A stretch of 64,000 nt of DNA from positions 2,294,001-2,358,000 of the forward strand of contig BQFW01000006.1 of assembly GCA_020891255.1 (NCBI GenBank). Reading direction: 5' to 3'. Made by a program: the position numbers and the translations under genes. The DNA comes from Entomortierella parvispora E1425. Its lineage: Eukaryota > Fungi > Mortierellomycota. This document shows positions 25,301 through 36,607 of this stretch, piece after piece. Every line of letters begins with the position of its first letter. Positions within the stretch are counted from its first letter, which is position 1. The notes beneath the pieces were generated by a model. The model searched no databases. It was not told where the DNA came from and worked only from the letters and a program-made list of their open reading frames with translations.

Positions 25301-25429
25301 TTCCTCGTCGTCAGAGGAAAGAATGTCGATAACTTGCAAGCTCGGTAGGGGATCATCGGCCTGGATCGAGTCACTGTCGGAATCGGACGAAATGTCGATC
25401 GTCAGCGGGTACATCCAGGAACGCGACAT
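22360..25429 (-). CDS. WD40 protein with acidic N-terminus and Myb/SANT-like segment; probable CUL4-DDB1 substrate receptor (Raf1/Dos1/DIM-9-like)
   Basis: Multi-exon. WD blades SFFITGSNDKQT, FATCSSKG, LIRLFDVRR, IAVFDRRF, VRTWDLRQ (WDxR/DWD boxes). DIYNRPGNLLL motif. VDWATVS...G...CRKVF helix pattern. WD40 call is strong; the orthology call and start codon are tentative. Confidence 0.75.
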
Positions 25430-26018
25430 TAGAACAAGCTCTGGCAAGGAATGACGCGTCCAAGGCAAGATGGGACAAAGCAGACAGGAGGGGAATCAAG
25501 AAGGAAAGGTGGGCCCATGTGCATGCCCAAGCAGCGAGTCTTGTTTCCATTTCCACACTGGACATGCTGGGCAACGACCACTTGAGGGGCGCGCTGATTT
25601 TTGTCACGCACGATCCCCATCGCAGTTGGTGGCAAAGTCTGGTGGATATGGTGCACGCTCGTGGTCCCAGCAATCCCAGACTCCGTGCAGCCAGTTGCGC
25701 TCATGGCAGGTTCTGGTCGCTTCTACCTACCCTTCTTGCGAGAAGACCTCTCTGGTTGCCGAGAGACAGGCGAGTGGTTGTCTCGGCTAATCACACATCC
25801 CAAGAGAGACGGACTTGGTCATGCCAGACTGGCAGCCACCCCCTCTCTTTTCTGTATGGAGGTCAACAAGAGATGAGGGGAGGGGGCGAGAGTAGGCCCG
25901 AGATGCTGAAACCAGCAGGGGTTCTGTTCCCAAGTCCCCCCACCCCACCCCATGAGGAAGAAGAGGAGCAAGAGGGAAGCAGCAGCAGCAGCAGGTATGG
26001 CTGGCTATTTTTGCGCGG

Positions 26019-26028
26019 CTATTTTTAA
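26019..26028. promoter_or_regulatory. MEF2/Rlm1 consensus site CTATTTTTAA, with an imperfect copy GGCTATTTTTG at 26003-26013
   Basis: Exact match to YTA(W)4TAR, ~410 bp upstream of the MEF2-type MADS gene. Confidence 0.45.
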
Positions 26029-26437
26029 CGTGGGCCGTCCCTTCTTTGCTTGCCTGTTCGAGGACTGATGGAAACACCAAACCCTTTCCCTCTCTGCCAG
26101 TCTCTCTGCCGCTGACTTGCTCGTTCCCCTTGCAACAAACTCTGCATCGACGTCGCTCTCTCCATTGCGCCTCTTCTCCACGAGGCAAACTCCTGGTCCT
26201 CCTGCCAAACAGGGCAGACAATTGCCGAGAGTCTTCCTCCATGGGAGTCGGACATCCAAAAGCAGTCACTCCCTTTTCCCTTTCCCCTCCTCGAGCCAGC
26301 CAGTCTCTCCTTATTGTTTTGCCATTCATCATCTCCCTTGCAATCTTGTTTTCTTTATTCCATCCTTCATCCCTCCCCGCTTGTAGACCCGAGCCCATTC
26401 TCCCCTTTCTTCCATCTCTTCACCCTCGCGCAACACC

Positions 26438-29230
26438 ATGGGACGCAAAAAGATTCAGATCAAGACCATCGTCGACGAGCGCAACCGTCAGGTACGTGAC
26501 CCCACTCTGCGACAGCGACCGCTTGGCACACACCGGCTCTTCTGCCTCTTGGACCATACGCCCCCGTCTCTGAGCGATGCTCGCGGGACCTGGCCCGACT
26601 TGACTCCTCACTCTTCCAACAAAGGGCGTCGGTGCAGACAATGCGGATATGGTTTGAAAGGCCAGCCGTCCCCCGCTGCTTCGCCTAGGGGACGGGTGCT
26701 GGGTTTCATCCCACGCGACAACTACAAACTCTTTGTAAAAATAGAGATGAGTCTGTAACGTTAGAGCCGAGACGAAACGACCGCCTGTCTATAGGGCGAA
26801 TGAAGGATTCAATGCATGGACGCTGACCACATCCATGGTCAAAGAGAATGAAAGGCACAGACGAACGAGGATGGACCACAGCGCAACGGGGATGAGACCG
26901 AATGGGGATGCTGACGAGGCTTCATTTATTTTATTCCCTCTTTTGTTTTCCCTGATCATTCCCGCAGGTTACGTTTCAGAAGCGTCGATTCGGACTGATG
27001 AAGAAGGCCATGGAGCTCAGTGTCCTCTGCGACTGCCAGATTGGTCTGATCATCTTCAACTCGAACAACAAGCTGGTCCAGTATTCCTCCCACGACATTG
27101 ACCAGATCCTTCTCCGATATACCGAGGTGAGTGGCCACGCGTCATGTGGATGGGTACTTTTGGCTTGGCTGCGACAGGATCATGATTTGCAGCGACTGTA
27201 CTGCTGTCCTGCCCCTCCATCCTCTTTCCCCCAGCGGCTTGAAGAGGGGCTGGGTGAGGGCTGTGCCGTTTCTCTCATGCCTCCACAGCAAAAGGGGGAA
27301 AGAGACAAACGCAGGCATTGAAAGAACGATAGTTCTCCCCCTGCGTGCATCAACTGATAGCTAGGAACAATCTTTTGGTCCTTCCCAATTGCAACTGCTG
27401 ACTTTTGCCCCTGTCCTGCGTCTTTGCATTTTAGTACAACGATTCGTGCGAGACTTACACCAACAAGGAGTTCCTCAACGCTGCCGACATCAAGGATGAG
27501 GAAGAGGACGAGGATGCTTTGTCTGTTGCCGGAGATGATCGCAGTAAGCTATCCGTGACGCCCCAGCCTCAGTCAGTGACCCCCCAAATGCAGCATACGC
27601 CCATCCAAGGCGCCGTGCACACACCTCCGCCCCCTCACCAGTCGACCATGCAACATAGCACCCCGCCCAACTTGCCGTTGCACATGCAACAGCGAAGCCC
27701 ATATCAGATGCCGCCCAATGTTGTGGTTCACCCTCAGCAATATGATGCTTTTCAATACCAGCAACAGCCACAACAGCAGCAGCACTTGGACCCTCAATAC
27801 CGACAGCAGCAATACGGACATCACCCTGGACAGTACCAACAGCATGCGATGCTCTTGCAGCAGCAGCAGCAACAACAACAATCCCAGCATCTCCAGCATC
27901 ACCCTCAACAACAGCCACAGCCACAGCCACAGCACTACCAGCAACATATCCAGCACATTCCAGGCCCTCAGCACCCTTCGCCTCAGCCCCCCAGACATCC
28001 GAGTCCGCATCACCCACAGGCCATGACTGAAACTATGCAACAGCACGAGCAGGTACTTGACTGTCACGAAGGGAGAGAAGGAGCCCACCATTTGATATGA
28101 ATTCATATGCCTAAACGGCGACACTATTTAACTTTATATTCATTCCACTTTGCAGATGTATCCTCAAAGCCGGCCTTTCCAACAACAGCAATTCCAGCAG
28201 CCTGTTGCCCCCTTTATCAACCGCTCTTTTGCTCAGCCGCAAAATGGGCAAAGCTTGCAGCTCCCTGTGACAAGCACCCCAATGTCCACTCCAATGTCCA
28301 TTCCGATGCAGCAGCAGCAGCCTCAGGCATCAAATCAACCACAGCAACAACAACAGCAACAACAGCAGACCCACTCACAGTCCGCCTCCCCAGTTATGAG
28401 CCATCATAACGCCATGAAAGGAGGCCAATCGCCGATGAACGGTGACAAGTCGCCCATGACGGATGGATCTTCTGTTATGAATTCTACACCTCCTGGCACC
28501 ACAACAGGAACTGGATCTCCTGTGCTGAGTCCTACTGGTGGTGCCAAGAAGCCAAAGCTTCGTGTTCAGATTCCTTCAGATGCCAAGGAGAGTGCTACGC
28601 TCGCCGGACCTATGATCAAGGAATCAGAATCAAGTGAGCTGCCTCCAGTAAGTTTTATTTTTTACATTGAACACGACCTTTGCTTCAAATTTTTGCATGA
28701 GACTGACACTCTGGTTCGTTTTATATTAGATTCAGAAGAGGCCATTGGAATCAGCACCCATTTCGTCCACACTCCCTTCTCAATTCGCCAAAAACCTTCC
28801 TTCGCCATCCACCTTTTACCCAGAGTTTTACGCCTCGCAGGCTGAATTGAGCCCCATCGTCTTTAACCAAACTCCCACGAGCGCCCAAGTTGGCTCTGCC
28901 TTTAATTGGCCCGTGCCCAGGGAGCGCGAACTCGCAAGGGTACACCAGCCTAGTCCTTTAGCCAAGGGACAGAATGTTACGACCGCATCATCTTCATCAC
29001 CGTCCTCTTCTGTCACTGCCTCAGAATCTACAGCCACATCCAAAACACCGGGATCCAACTTGAGAATTACTTCGACGCCTGGATTGACCCCAGCTTCATC
29101 CACGTCCCCAACCACCAACAACTCTGCAGAGGACTCGCCCAACGCAACCAACTCCACTAGACCGAGGGATTCACCCACTGTGGATGACGCCGAGGATGGT
29201 CCATCTGCGAAAAAGGCCAAGAAGGTGTGA
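26438..29230 (+). CDS. MEF2-type MADS-box transcription factor (Rlm1/RlmA-like) with polyQ region
   Basis: [18 protein letters not shown]|[30 protein letters not shown]...[15 protein letters not shown]|[11 protein letters not shown]-terminal [11 protein letters not shown] motif typical of fungal MEF2 proteins. Ends with AKKAKKV. Confidence 0.95.
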
Positions 29231-29625
29231 TGAACTGTTTAGCATGAGCACGTCTCTCTTTTTTTTTTTTTTTTTTTTTGGCCCTGAGATTTCCCTGTCG
29301 AGCGATGTAGCTGTCACCTCTACGATATTGCCCGCACTTCCTCTCTATATTTTGTTCATTGATAGCACCATTCCCAGCTTCACTCATTGCCTCATGTACT
29401 TTTATCGTCGAGTGTGTAATAAAAAATACCCCTCTCTCTTACTCATTTTCCTGTTGCTTCACTTTTGTTCAGAATCACCTAAGGATGGATTGCTTTGAAA
29501 TATGATACATTTTTATTGGTCAAAGAATGATATGATATGAGGATGCAATTGGGGGGGGGGGGGAGGAAGGGGTTAAAAAGTTGAAAAAAGTGAGAAAGGA
29601 AAGAGAGTGAGGTTGTCTTTTGTAC

Positions 29626-30523
29626 TTAATCCAGGGAAACCAACTCGACGTCAAAGGTAAGACGGGTGTTGGGGGGAATAGGGATCTTGGCATCTGGGAC
29701 ACCCTTCTTTCCGTAAGCGTGCTCGGCCTCGATGATGATCTTGGCCTTCTCGCCTCTGCTCATGGACAACATGGCGTCGTCCCAACCAGCAATGACGTTG
29801 CCGGAACCGACCTTGAAGCGCAAGGGGTTGGACTTTTTCTTTGTGTTGTCGTTGGTATCAAAGATGGTGCCGTCATCAAAGTAACCGGTATAAAAGACGG
29901 CGACCTTGGAACCCTTCTTGGGGAATCCCAACTTGTCACCCTTCTTCAAGACGACCTTGGTGAATTTGGGGGGGCCGGACTCGACCACGGCCTCCTTCTG
30001 AACAACAGCGGTGGGGGCGTTCTTGGCAGCCATGATGTCCTCCTCTGAGGGCTCGTCAGCGCCACGGAAAGCCTTGCGGGCAAAGAGGGAGTTGTAGGCC
30101 TCGAGGAGGGAATCCTTCTTGGCTAGGATGAACGAACGGTATAAAAGTGTGAGTACGAGAGATGGTGACAGCGAATAGAGCGGTCCATGGTCGTCAGGGC
30201 CAATCTGAGACGGAGAAAATTAACGCAGTTGCGGTATTATTTTCTCCTTTCGAACTGTCTGCTGTCTTTCTCCATTGCCTCTGAGGGTAGAGAGTCCTAT
30301 CCTCGAGGAAAGTAACCAATTTAAATGGCCAATTGAACAGCCATTAGGAGGAAAAGTAAGAAGACATACCGTTCTTGACAACGGTGGGGAGCTTTCCGGT
30401 CAACTTGAACTCGACCAAAAAGTCGTGGGTGGCGTTCAAGTGAAGGTAGGTGACAATGTCCTTCTTGCTGACAGCATCCGAAAGGAGCTGCTCGCTGGTC
30501 CAGTCTTGAGTAGGGGTGGCCAT
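29626..30523 (-). CDS. FKBP3: FKBP25-type peptidyl-prolyl isomerase (N-terminal BTHB domain + FKBP domain), 2 exons
   Basis: Exons 30523-30370 and 30122-29626 give WTSEQLLSDAVSKKDIVTYL...KKDSLLEAYNSLF...FRG, then PPKFTKVVLKKGDK..FPKKG..FYTG..FDTN..KKK..PLRFKVG..VIAGWD..YGKKG.PDAK. Both domains match FKBP25 as I recall it. Confidence 0.88.
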
Positions 30524-30741
30524 GTTGATAATATGAAGAATGGAGATGAGGGGTTAATGCAAGAACGAAATGGACCCAAGGAACTTTTTTTTATTGAAAA
30601 AAAAAAAAAAAAAAAAAAAAGGAAAAGACAATAGTGACTGCCCTGGCTTGTGCGGGGGTGGTGCAGGGGGAGGCGAAGCCAGGGCAGGAAAAGGTCGTCT
30701 TGTTCTTTGCTGCATCATCCCTCAGGACAAGAATCAACCTA

Positions 30742-32118
30742 ATGTCTGCATCCACAGAAGACGACAAGAAGCGTGCATCCAGCTCAAGAGATGTCAATGC
30801 TCCCTCCGATGCTGCCTTTGGTGGCCGCATCCTCGTCGACGAGTCCGCTGTCTTTGAGCAGAATGCATGGTAAAAAAAACTAGGTCTTCGGAATTGGTGG
30901 CGTAAATCCTCTTGACTGGACCTTGACCGGCCCAAGAGGAAAAGAGATCATCTTTGGGAATGTCGAAGCAGGAATATACGCTATGGAGAACTATGGCTCA
31001 CCAGGCTATTGATTTTCTTATTAGGGACCATGCGACTTGGGGTGAGGAGCAGATTCAACACGCAAAGAACGAGATTGCCCGTCAGCAATTGAACCCGGTT
31101 CCCGAGGAATTAGTCGAGACTTATCATGCTGAAGCGGCCGAGAACTGGAACAAGTTTTACGCCAAGAATGAAAACAAATTCTTCAAAGATCGCCACTGGA
31201 TCCGTATCGAGTTCCCTGAGCTCTTTCAGATGATCGAGGCTGATGTACGTGTCATTTTCAGGACATTTCTTTCAGGATTCATTCGAAAACACCTCTGTCA
31301 TGGATTCAGTCAACTAATGTGCTTTCATGCCCACCTCATATTGGAACATCTTTAGGCAGGAAAGAAGACTGTGATGGAAATCGGCTGTGGCGCCGGCAAC
31401 ACCATGTTCCCATTGCTGATCGAATCCAAGAACCCCAACCTGTTTGTCTATGCCTGTGATTTCTCATCAACCGCCGTAGATGTTGTCAAGAACAATCCTG
31501 AATATGATCCTAAACGCGGCCAGGCCTTTGTTTGGGATTTGGCAGGAGACGATATCCCACCAGAGGTGGAACCTGAATCAATGGATGTCCTTGTTTTGAT
31601 CTTTGTCCTCTCAGCACTCCATCCAGACAAATGGGAGCAAGCCATGAAGAACCTGTACAAGGTACGCGTGAGAATTGACAGGAAATGAAGTCGGATCTAG
31701 GAGACTGAGAATAAGACCCCTTCATTGACAACTGACGTTCTTTTACCTTGATTAGCTTCTCAAACCTGGTGGATTGATTGTGTTCAGGGACTATGGACGG
31801 TACGATATGGCTCAATTGCGGTTCAAAAAGAACCGCCTTCTCTCCGACAACTTTTACGTCCGTGGTGATGGAACCAGGGTCTACTTTTTCGAATCGGACG
31901 AGATTGTGCAACTCTTTGGATCACGGTTTACGATTGAGCAGAACGCGGTGGACCGCCGATTGATTGTCAACCGGTTACGAAAGGTCAAGATGTACAGAGT
32001 TTGGCTTCAGGGCAAGTTCCGGAAACCGCTGGAGGGACAGGCTCCTGGCACACCTTCGGCCACAACCGTCGTAACCGACGATTCAACGGCAGAGGGCGGA
32101 GAAGCGGACGAAAACTAG
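30742..32118 (+). CDS. TRM140: tRNA m3C32 methyltransferase (Trm140/METTL2-like), 4 exons
   Basis: FEQNAW|[18 protein letters not shown]...[15 protein letters not shown] (SAM motif I), [41 protein letters not shown]. Confidence 0.93.
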
Positions 32119-32295
32119 TAGACCTAATAAAACGAGAATGTATACCATGGTAACTTGGTGGCGCAGTGACTGGTACTTGAGGGGCCAATTCCCGCATCCA
32201 CGGCAAGGAACCAGGCAACCTTCCGAGCTTGGACCTCCACGTCCGCCTTCACTCTCAACCTCCATTCCTACTCATAACCCCACACACACACGACC

Positions 32296-33558
32296 ATGCA
32301 TCGCGCCCCTACTGCATTCCTGGCTTCCGCTGCAAAGCGTGTTGCCAGCTCATCCTCCACTGCTGCATTCGCTCCTCGTGTGTCACAGTCTCCATTGCTG
32401 ATCAGATCCCTGCTCGCTCACCAACAGCATGCTTCCGCCATGGTCGCCACTACTTCCTTCCGTGGTTTCGCCTCCAAGAAGGACAAGGGTGGCAAGGGCG
32501 GAAAGGGCGGCAAGAAGAATGCCAAAGACGACGATGATGATGAGGACTCTGGCTCCCGTAAGGGCAAGGGCAAGGGCGCCGCTGCCTCCTCTGGCGAGAT
32601 GACTTTTGATCTGGAAGACTTGGAAAAGAAGTTCAGCCAGTGCCTGGAGAGACTTAAGAGAGACTTTACTACCATGAGAGCTGGAACTGCCAACCCAGGT
32701 AGGCGTTGTTGCTTGCTGTGATGTATTGCCTCTGTGTTAGAGGGACTTGGACAATACGAGGATGTTCAGATCAGGGATTTGCTCCCCAAAAGCTAACCAT
32801 GTGATGCTTTTCAATATAGCCATTCTGGACCCCGTCATGGTCAAGGTTGAGGGCAAGATGGTCCCATTGCGCGATTTGGCTCAGGTTTCTATCAAGGATG
32901 CAAAGACGTTGATGGTCAACATCAACGACGTGGAGGTATCCCATCATCGAGACTCGCCCCAGTCAATTGAGTATGCATCTGCAAATAATCTAACATTCCT
33001 CGCTCATCTCTGTTCTCATTAAAAGCTTTCGTCCTCGATTGAAAAGGCCATTCGTGAGGCCGGATTGAACCTCAACCCCATTGCCGACAATAAGGCTGTT
33101 CGCGTCCCTGTGCCAAAGTAAATCATCATGGAATAACCAAGGGTCCTCAAAAGTGGATTCTGGAGCATTTGATTACTCTTGTACTTACTTGCTTGTCTCT
33201 CCTTCGTAACCCATTTAGGCCAACAAAAGAGTTCCGCGAATCACTTACAAAGCTCGCCGCCACAAGCACGGAAAAGGCAAAGACCATTATCCGCAAGCTG
33301 CGTCAGGATGGCATGAAGGATTTGAAGAAGGATCTCAAGGCAGGAATGAGCGAGGACGAAAACTATCAGTTGGAGAAGAAGGTAACAGAAAAAACCTTTT
33401 GCTTTTGACCAATCCTTTGTATTTTGAACCCTTTGATTTCTGCAATTAAAACTGACAATCATCAACAACGTACATAGGCCCAGACACTGCACGACAAGTA
33501 TATCAAGGACGCAGAGGAGGCACTCAAGGCCAAGACAAAAGAGATCATGGCCAACTAG
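32296..33558 (+). CDS. RRF1: Mitochondrial ribosome recycling factor (multi-exon)
   Basis: Ala/Ser/Arg-rich presequence, MRAGTANP, LDPVMV...PLRDLAQVS, AIREAGLNLNP, IRKLRQD, QTLHDKYIKD; TAG at 33556-33558. Confidence 0.92.
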
Positions 33559-33691
33559 ATTTGAATCTTTTGACAGTGTGGTTTATTTCAATAAAAACAA
33601 CCGCTTGGTTACCATTTTATGATATGTCTTTGTCGCATTTTTTTTTTTAATATCCTTGCTCAATTGATTTGTCTTCTTCCGTGTCTGTAAA

Positions 33692-34892
33692 TTATACAAC
33701 TGGTCCCTTGGGCTGGGCAGCGTAGTGCCAGTGAAGCTCGCCAACGTCGTAGTTTCCAATGAACTCCCAACCAGTCTCCTTGACGTGGAAGACGTTGACT
33801 GATCCTCCAGAGTATGCGTCACGATGGGTAGCGTGGTAAATGGCTCTACGGCCCAGCTCAATAGCATCTGGGACCGACAGGTCAAAGTCATATCCTGAAT
33901 CCAAGACACCGTATGCGAAAGTGGATCCCGATCCGACTGAGAAACGCTCGCCCTTCATACGAGTACCATCCGAGTCGACGTAGAACAGTGCGGGTCCCTA
34001 GAGAGAGAGAAAAGCAAAAAGACATTGGATGTCGTTAGAAAATCACTCCTGGCAGACGTATGCTCCTTCTTTCCTCCTGCAAATGGATATATTCTTACAG
34101 TCTTGTCCCATCCTGTGATCATAGTACCCATGGAAAGACCCATACCCTTGTAGTCGTACACCATGTTGCTCAAGATCTTGGAGGCCGCCGCTACTGAGAT
34201 GCGCTCCTTGTTGCGCAACTCGTACAATCTGCAGCGTCTTCCAAGCTCACGCTCCCAGTACTGACAATCAGCAGCGCCTCCAGCCATGGTTCCAAGAAGA
34301 TATGGGTTGATCTCAATAACCTTCTTGACAGTCTGAGAAGCTGTGAAAAAAGAGTGGGGTAAAAGACCATATGATGTCAGCTTTGTGTAGGAACAAATCC
34401 ACCGGTGCTCCTGCAAGGTGCATCCTGTCTCCTATGCTTTACCGATATACGATCCTCCTGAAGCACGGGAATCGACAGCGACAATAATTCCTCCCTGGAA
34501 CTTGAAGGCCAAGGTTGTGGTTCCGTGTTGAATCCTGATGCGGTTTTCTGCTGAGGCATCCGTGTGTGCGCGCAAGAAATCCACGGGCTATTTGACCATT
34601 GAACCAGAAACGATATGATCCAATCAGTGAAAAATAAAATAAAAGATATTGGACATGTAAGAAAGAGAGGGAGGACCCCTCGTTACAACCACTAAAAGTC
34701 AAAAGGGCGAAACGTTTTTCGAGACTGATTCCAAATTGAAAGACATACGTTGGCGACCATGGGGATGTCAAAGGCTGGGAGAGCAAACTGGTTGGCGGCA
34801 TCCCATCCCGAGAGGTTGTCGCCGAGGTTATCGGCATTGTCGAAAGAGGCGGATGAGGCCGAGTTGGCGTATTTGCTGACGAGGGTATCCAT
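33692..34892 (-). CDS. PRE2: 20S proteasome beta5 subunit (multi-exon)
   Basis: Propeptide, then HG|[66 protein letters not shown]. Confidence 0.97.
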
Positions 34893-35330
34893 TGTCGAAA
34901 GGTGCAGAGATGGTTGAAGAATGAAGTGACGATGGAAAGGACGAACAAAATGAAGCGAATGAATGAATGGCGACCACGGTCGTACGCATTCGCCACACGC
35001 ACATCGAGGACGCGTTTCGGCCGTGCAAGCGCAAGCAGGGAAATGTCCACGTCACCCTGCACGTGACTGCCCTAGGAATTTTTACGAATTTGATACAGCA
35101 ACGCGCTGATCCTCTTGTTGGTTGCTCCCTTCCCTTGGTCTTGTGCGGTTACATCCTCTGCTTCTCGTCCCCAAGACTTGATAGAAGAATTCAAGCACAT
35201 CAACATTGCTCGGCAGAGGAATAAAACTCTCTTTCTATCTATCCTCTTTCGCCCTCCACTCCATCCCAATCTTTGCCTTTCCGTTTTTTTTTAATGGACA
35301 ATGAGAATAATGATACAGTAAACTAGGTTG

Positions 35331-36155
35331 TCAGCGGGTAGGGGTCCTGGGATCTAGAGAATCACAGGATACATTGTCGGCTTCTGTCATCTCTGCTGCT
35401 GCTTGCAACGAATCCCAAAGTCCCAGCTCCTTGGTCGTGAGAAGCAAACTCTGACAGAGACGGATCGGTGGCAACACTGGTGGTCCTCCTCTTGATGAAC
35501 TGAACGACAATCCTGAAGTGGCCAAAGTCATCAAGGTCATCTTTTGATCCGACCCACCGTTTCCTGTATTGCCACTGCCTCCATCCCGCTTTCCTGGAGT
35601 GGCCACTTTGTTTCCAAACATGGAATGAGGTCGTCGAAGCTCTCTTCTCACTCTAGAGGGAAAGATCTCCTGGACAGTTGATCCTGACGAGGTACGGGTA
35701 AAGTCAGCCGCCAATTCTTCTTTGGTTCCAATGCTGCGGGACCGACGAAATGAAAACGCACTGATAGCCCTTTGTTGCTCAAGATGGAACCGATCCTTGG
35801 CAAGAAGACACTGCAGTTCCCGTTGCTGTCGAAGACGCTGACTGTGTTCCAATTGAAGTTGTTCTTGGTGGCCCGATTGATCTTTCCTGAGCTGTGTCAA
35901 TGCTTGGACCTGCTCAAGAGTGAGAGGTGGGGATGGAGGCGTTGTGTCCTGGATCATGCAGGGAAGGAGTGATGCCCAACGGACAGCGTGGGAGGCATTG
36001 TGGGAAAGATGGTTGGTATCGGACGATGTGCTGTGGATGACTGCATTATTGAAGTGGAGTGGTTTCTTGGGGCTTTGGAGTGACAGCGGTCTAGGACGGC
36101 GCAGAGCTGAGAGAGGGGAAGACATGGATGTAGGTACAGTGATAAGGGGGTGCAA
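35331..36155 (-). CDS. Hypothetical orphan protein (274 aa, mostly disordered, one predicted coiled coil)
   Basis: 825-nt ORF preceded by a pyrimidine-rich leader on its own strand. Q/L/E-rich heptad segment, RRPHS and LPPI short motifs. No recognisable family. Confidence 0.5.
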   Translation of the reverse strand: MHPLITVPTSMSSPLSALRRPRPLSLQSPKKPLHFNNAVIHSTSSDTNHLSHNASHAVRWASLLPCMIQDTTPPSPPLTLEQVQALTQLRKDQSGHQEQLQLEHSQRLRQQRELQCLLAKDRFHLEQQRAISAFSFRRSRSIGTKEELAADFTRTSSGSTVQEIFPSRVRRELRRPHSMFGNKVATPGKRDGGSGNTGNGGSDQKMTLMTLATSGLSFSSSRGGPPVLPPIRLCQSLLLTTKELGLWDSLQAAAEMTEADNVSCDSLDPRTPTR

Positions 36156-36572
36156 ATGCAGGATCTAAATGAGAGAGTGAGAGAGAGAGAAAAAGAAAGA
36201 GAAAAAGTAGGTGAAGAATCGGACGATTTTATCAGCTTTTTAAAGTGTGGATAGCCGGTGAGCTGGATACTGGTTGTCCTTTGAATAGATTGTTGGGCTC
36301 TGGCCGATGGAGAGGAAAGAGCGTGGGTTGGTGATGTTATTCACCACCTTTGGTCCGCCCTACTCTCAATCTCTCTGTCTCTCTCTCAGGCTTTGTACCT
36401 GATGCTGGAGAGATTGGATAAAAATAGACGTGTTGATGGACGACAGGACGAAACGATGAGGCAGTTGAAAGAAGGTATTTAACCGTTGGAGCCTCAGAGT
36501 GGACTCAATGGTCAAAAGAGCTGCGTGGGTCCCATGTGGCAAACTGAGCCAACATGCACCTCCGTGTTTTTT

Positions 36573-36607
<35 letters not shown>

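Noticed and set aside
25519-26398. ORFs in the WD40/MADS intergenic region
   Set aside because: They overlap the CT-rich MADS leader and promoter and have no protein-like composition.
29620-30048. 142-aa antisense ORF over FKBP25 exon 2
   Set aside because: Same in-register codon-bias shadow.
30742-31100. Possible +1 programmed frameshift as in yeast ABP140/TRM140
   Set aside because: The frame change is explained by a normal GT-AG intron (TG|GTAAAA...TTAG|G GAC). There is no CTT-AGG-C heptamer and no actin-binding extension.
32936-33025. RRF1 intron starting GTATCCCA, resembling a U12 5' splice site
   Set aside because: It deviates from RTATCCTT, lacks a TCCTTAAC branch near the 3'SS, and has an ordinary CTAAC U2 branch point.
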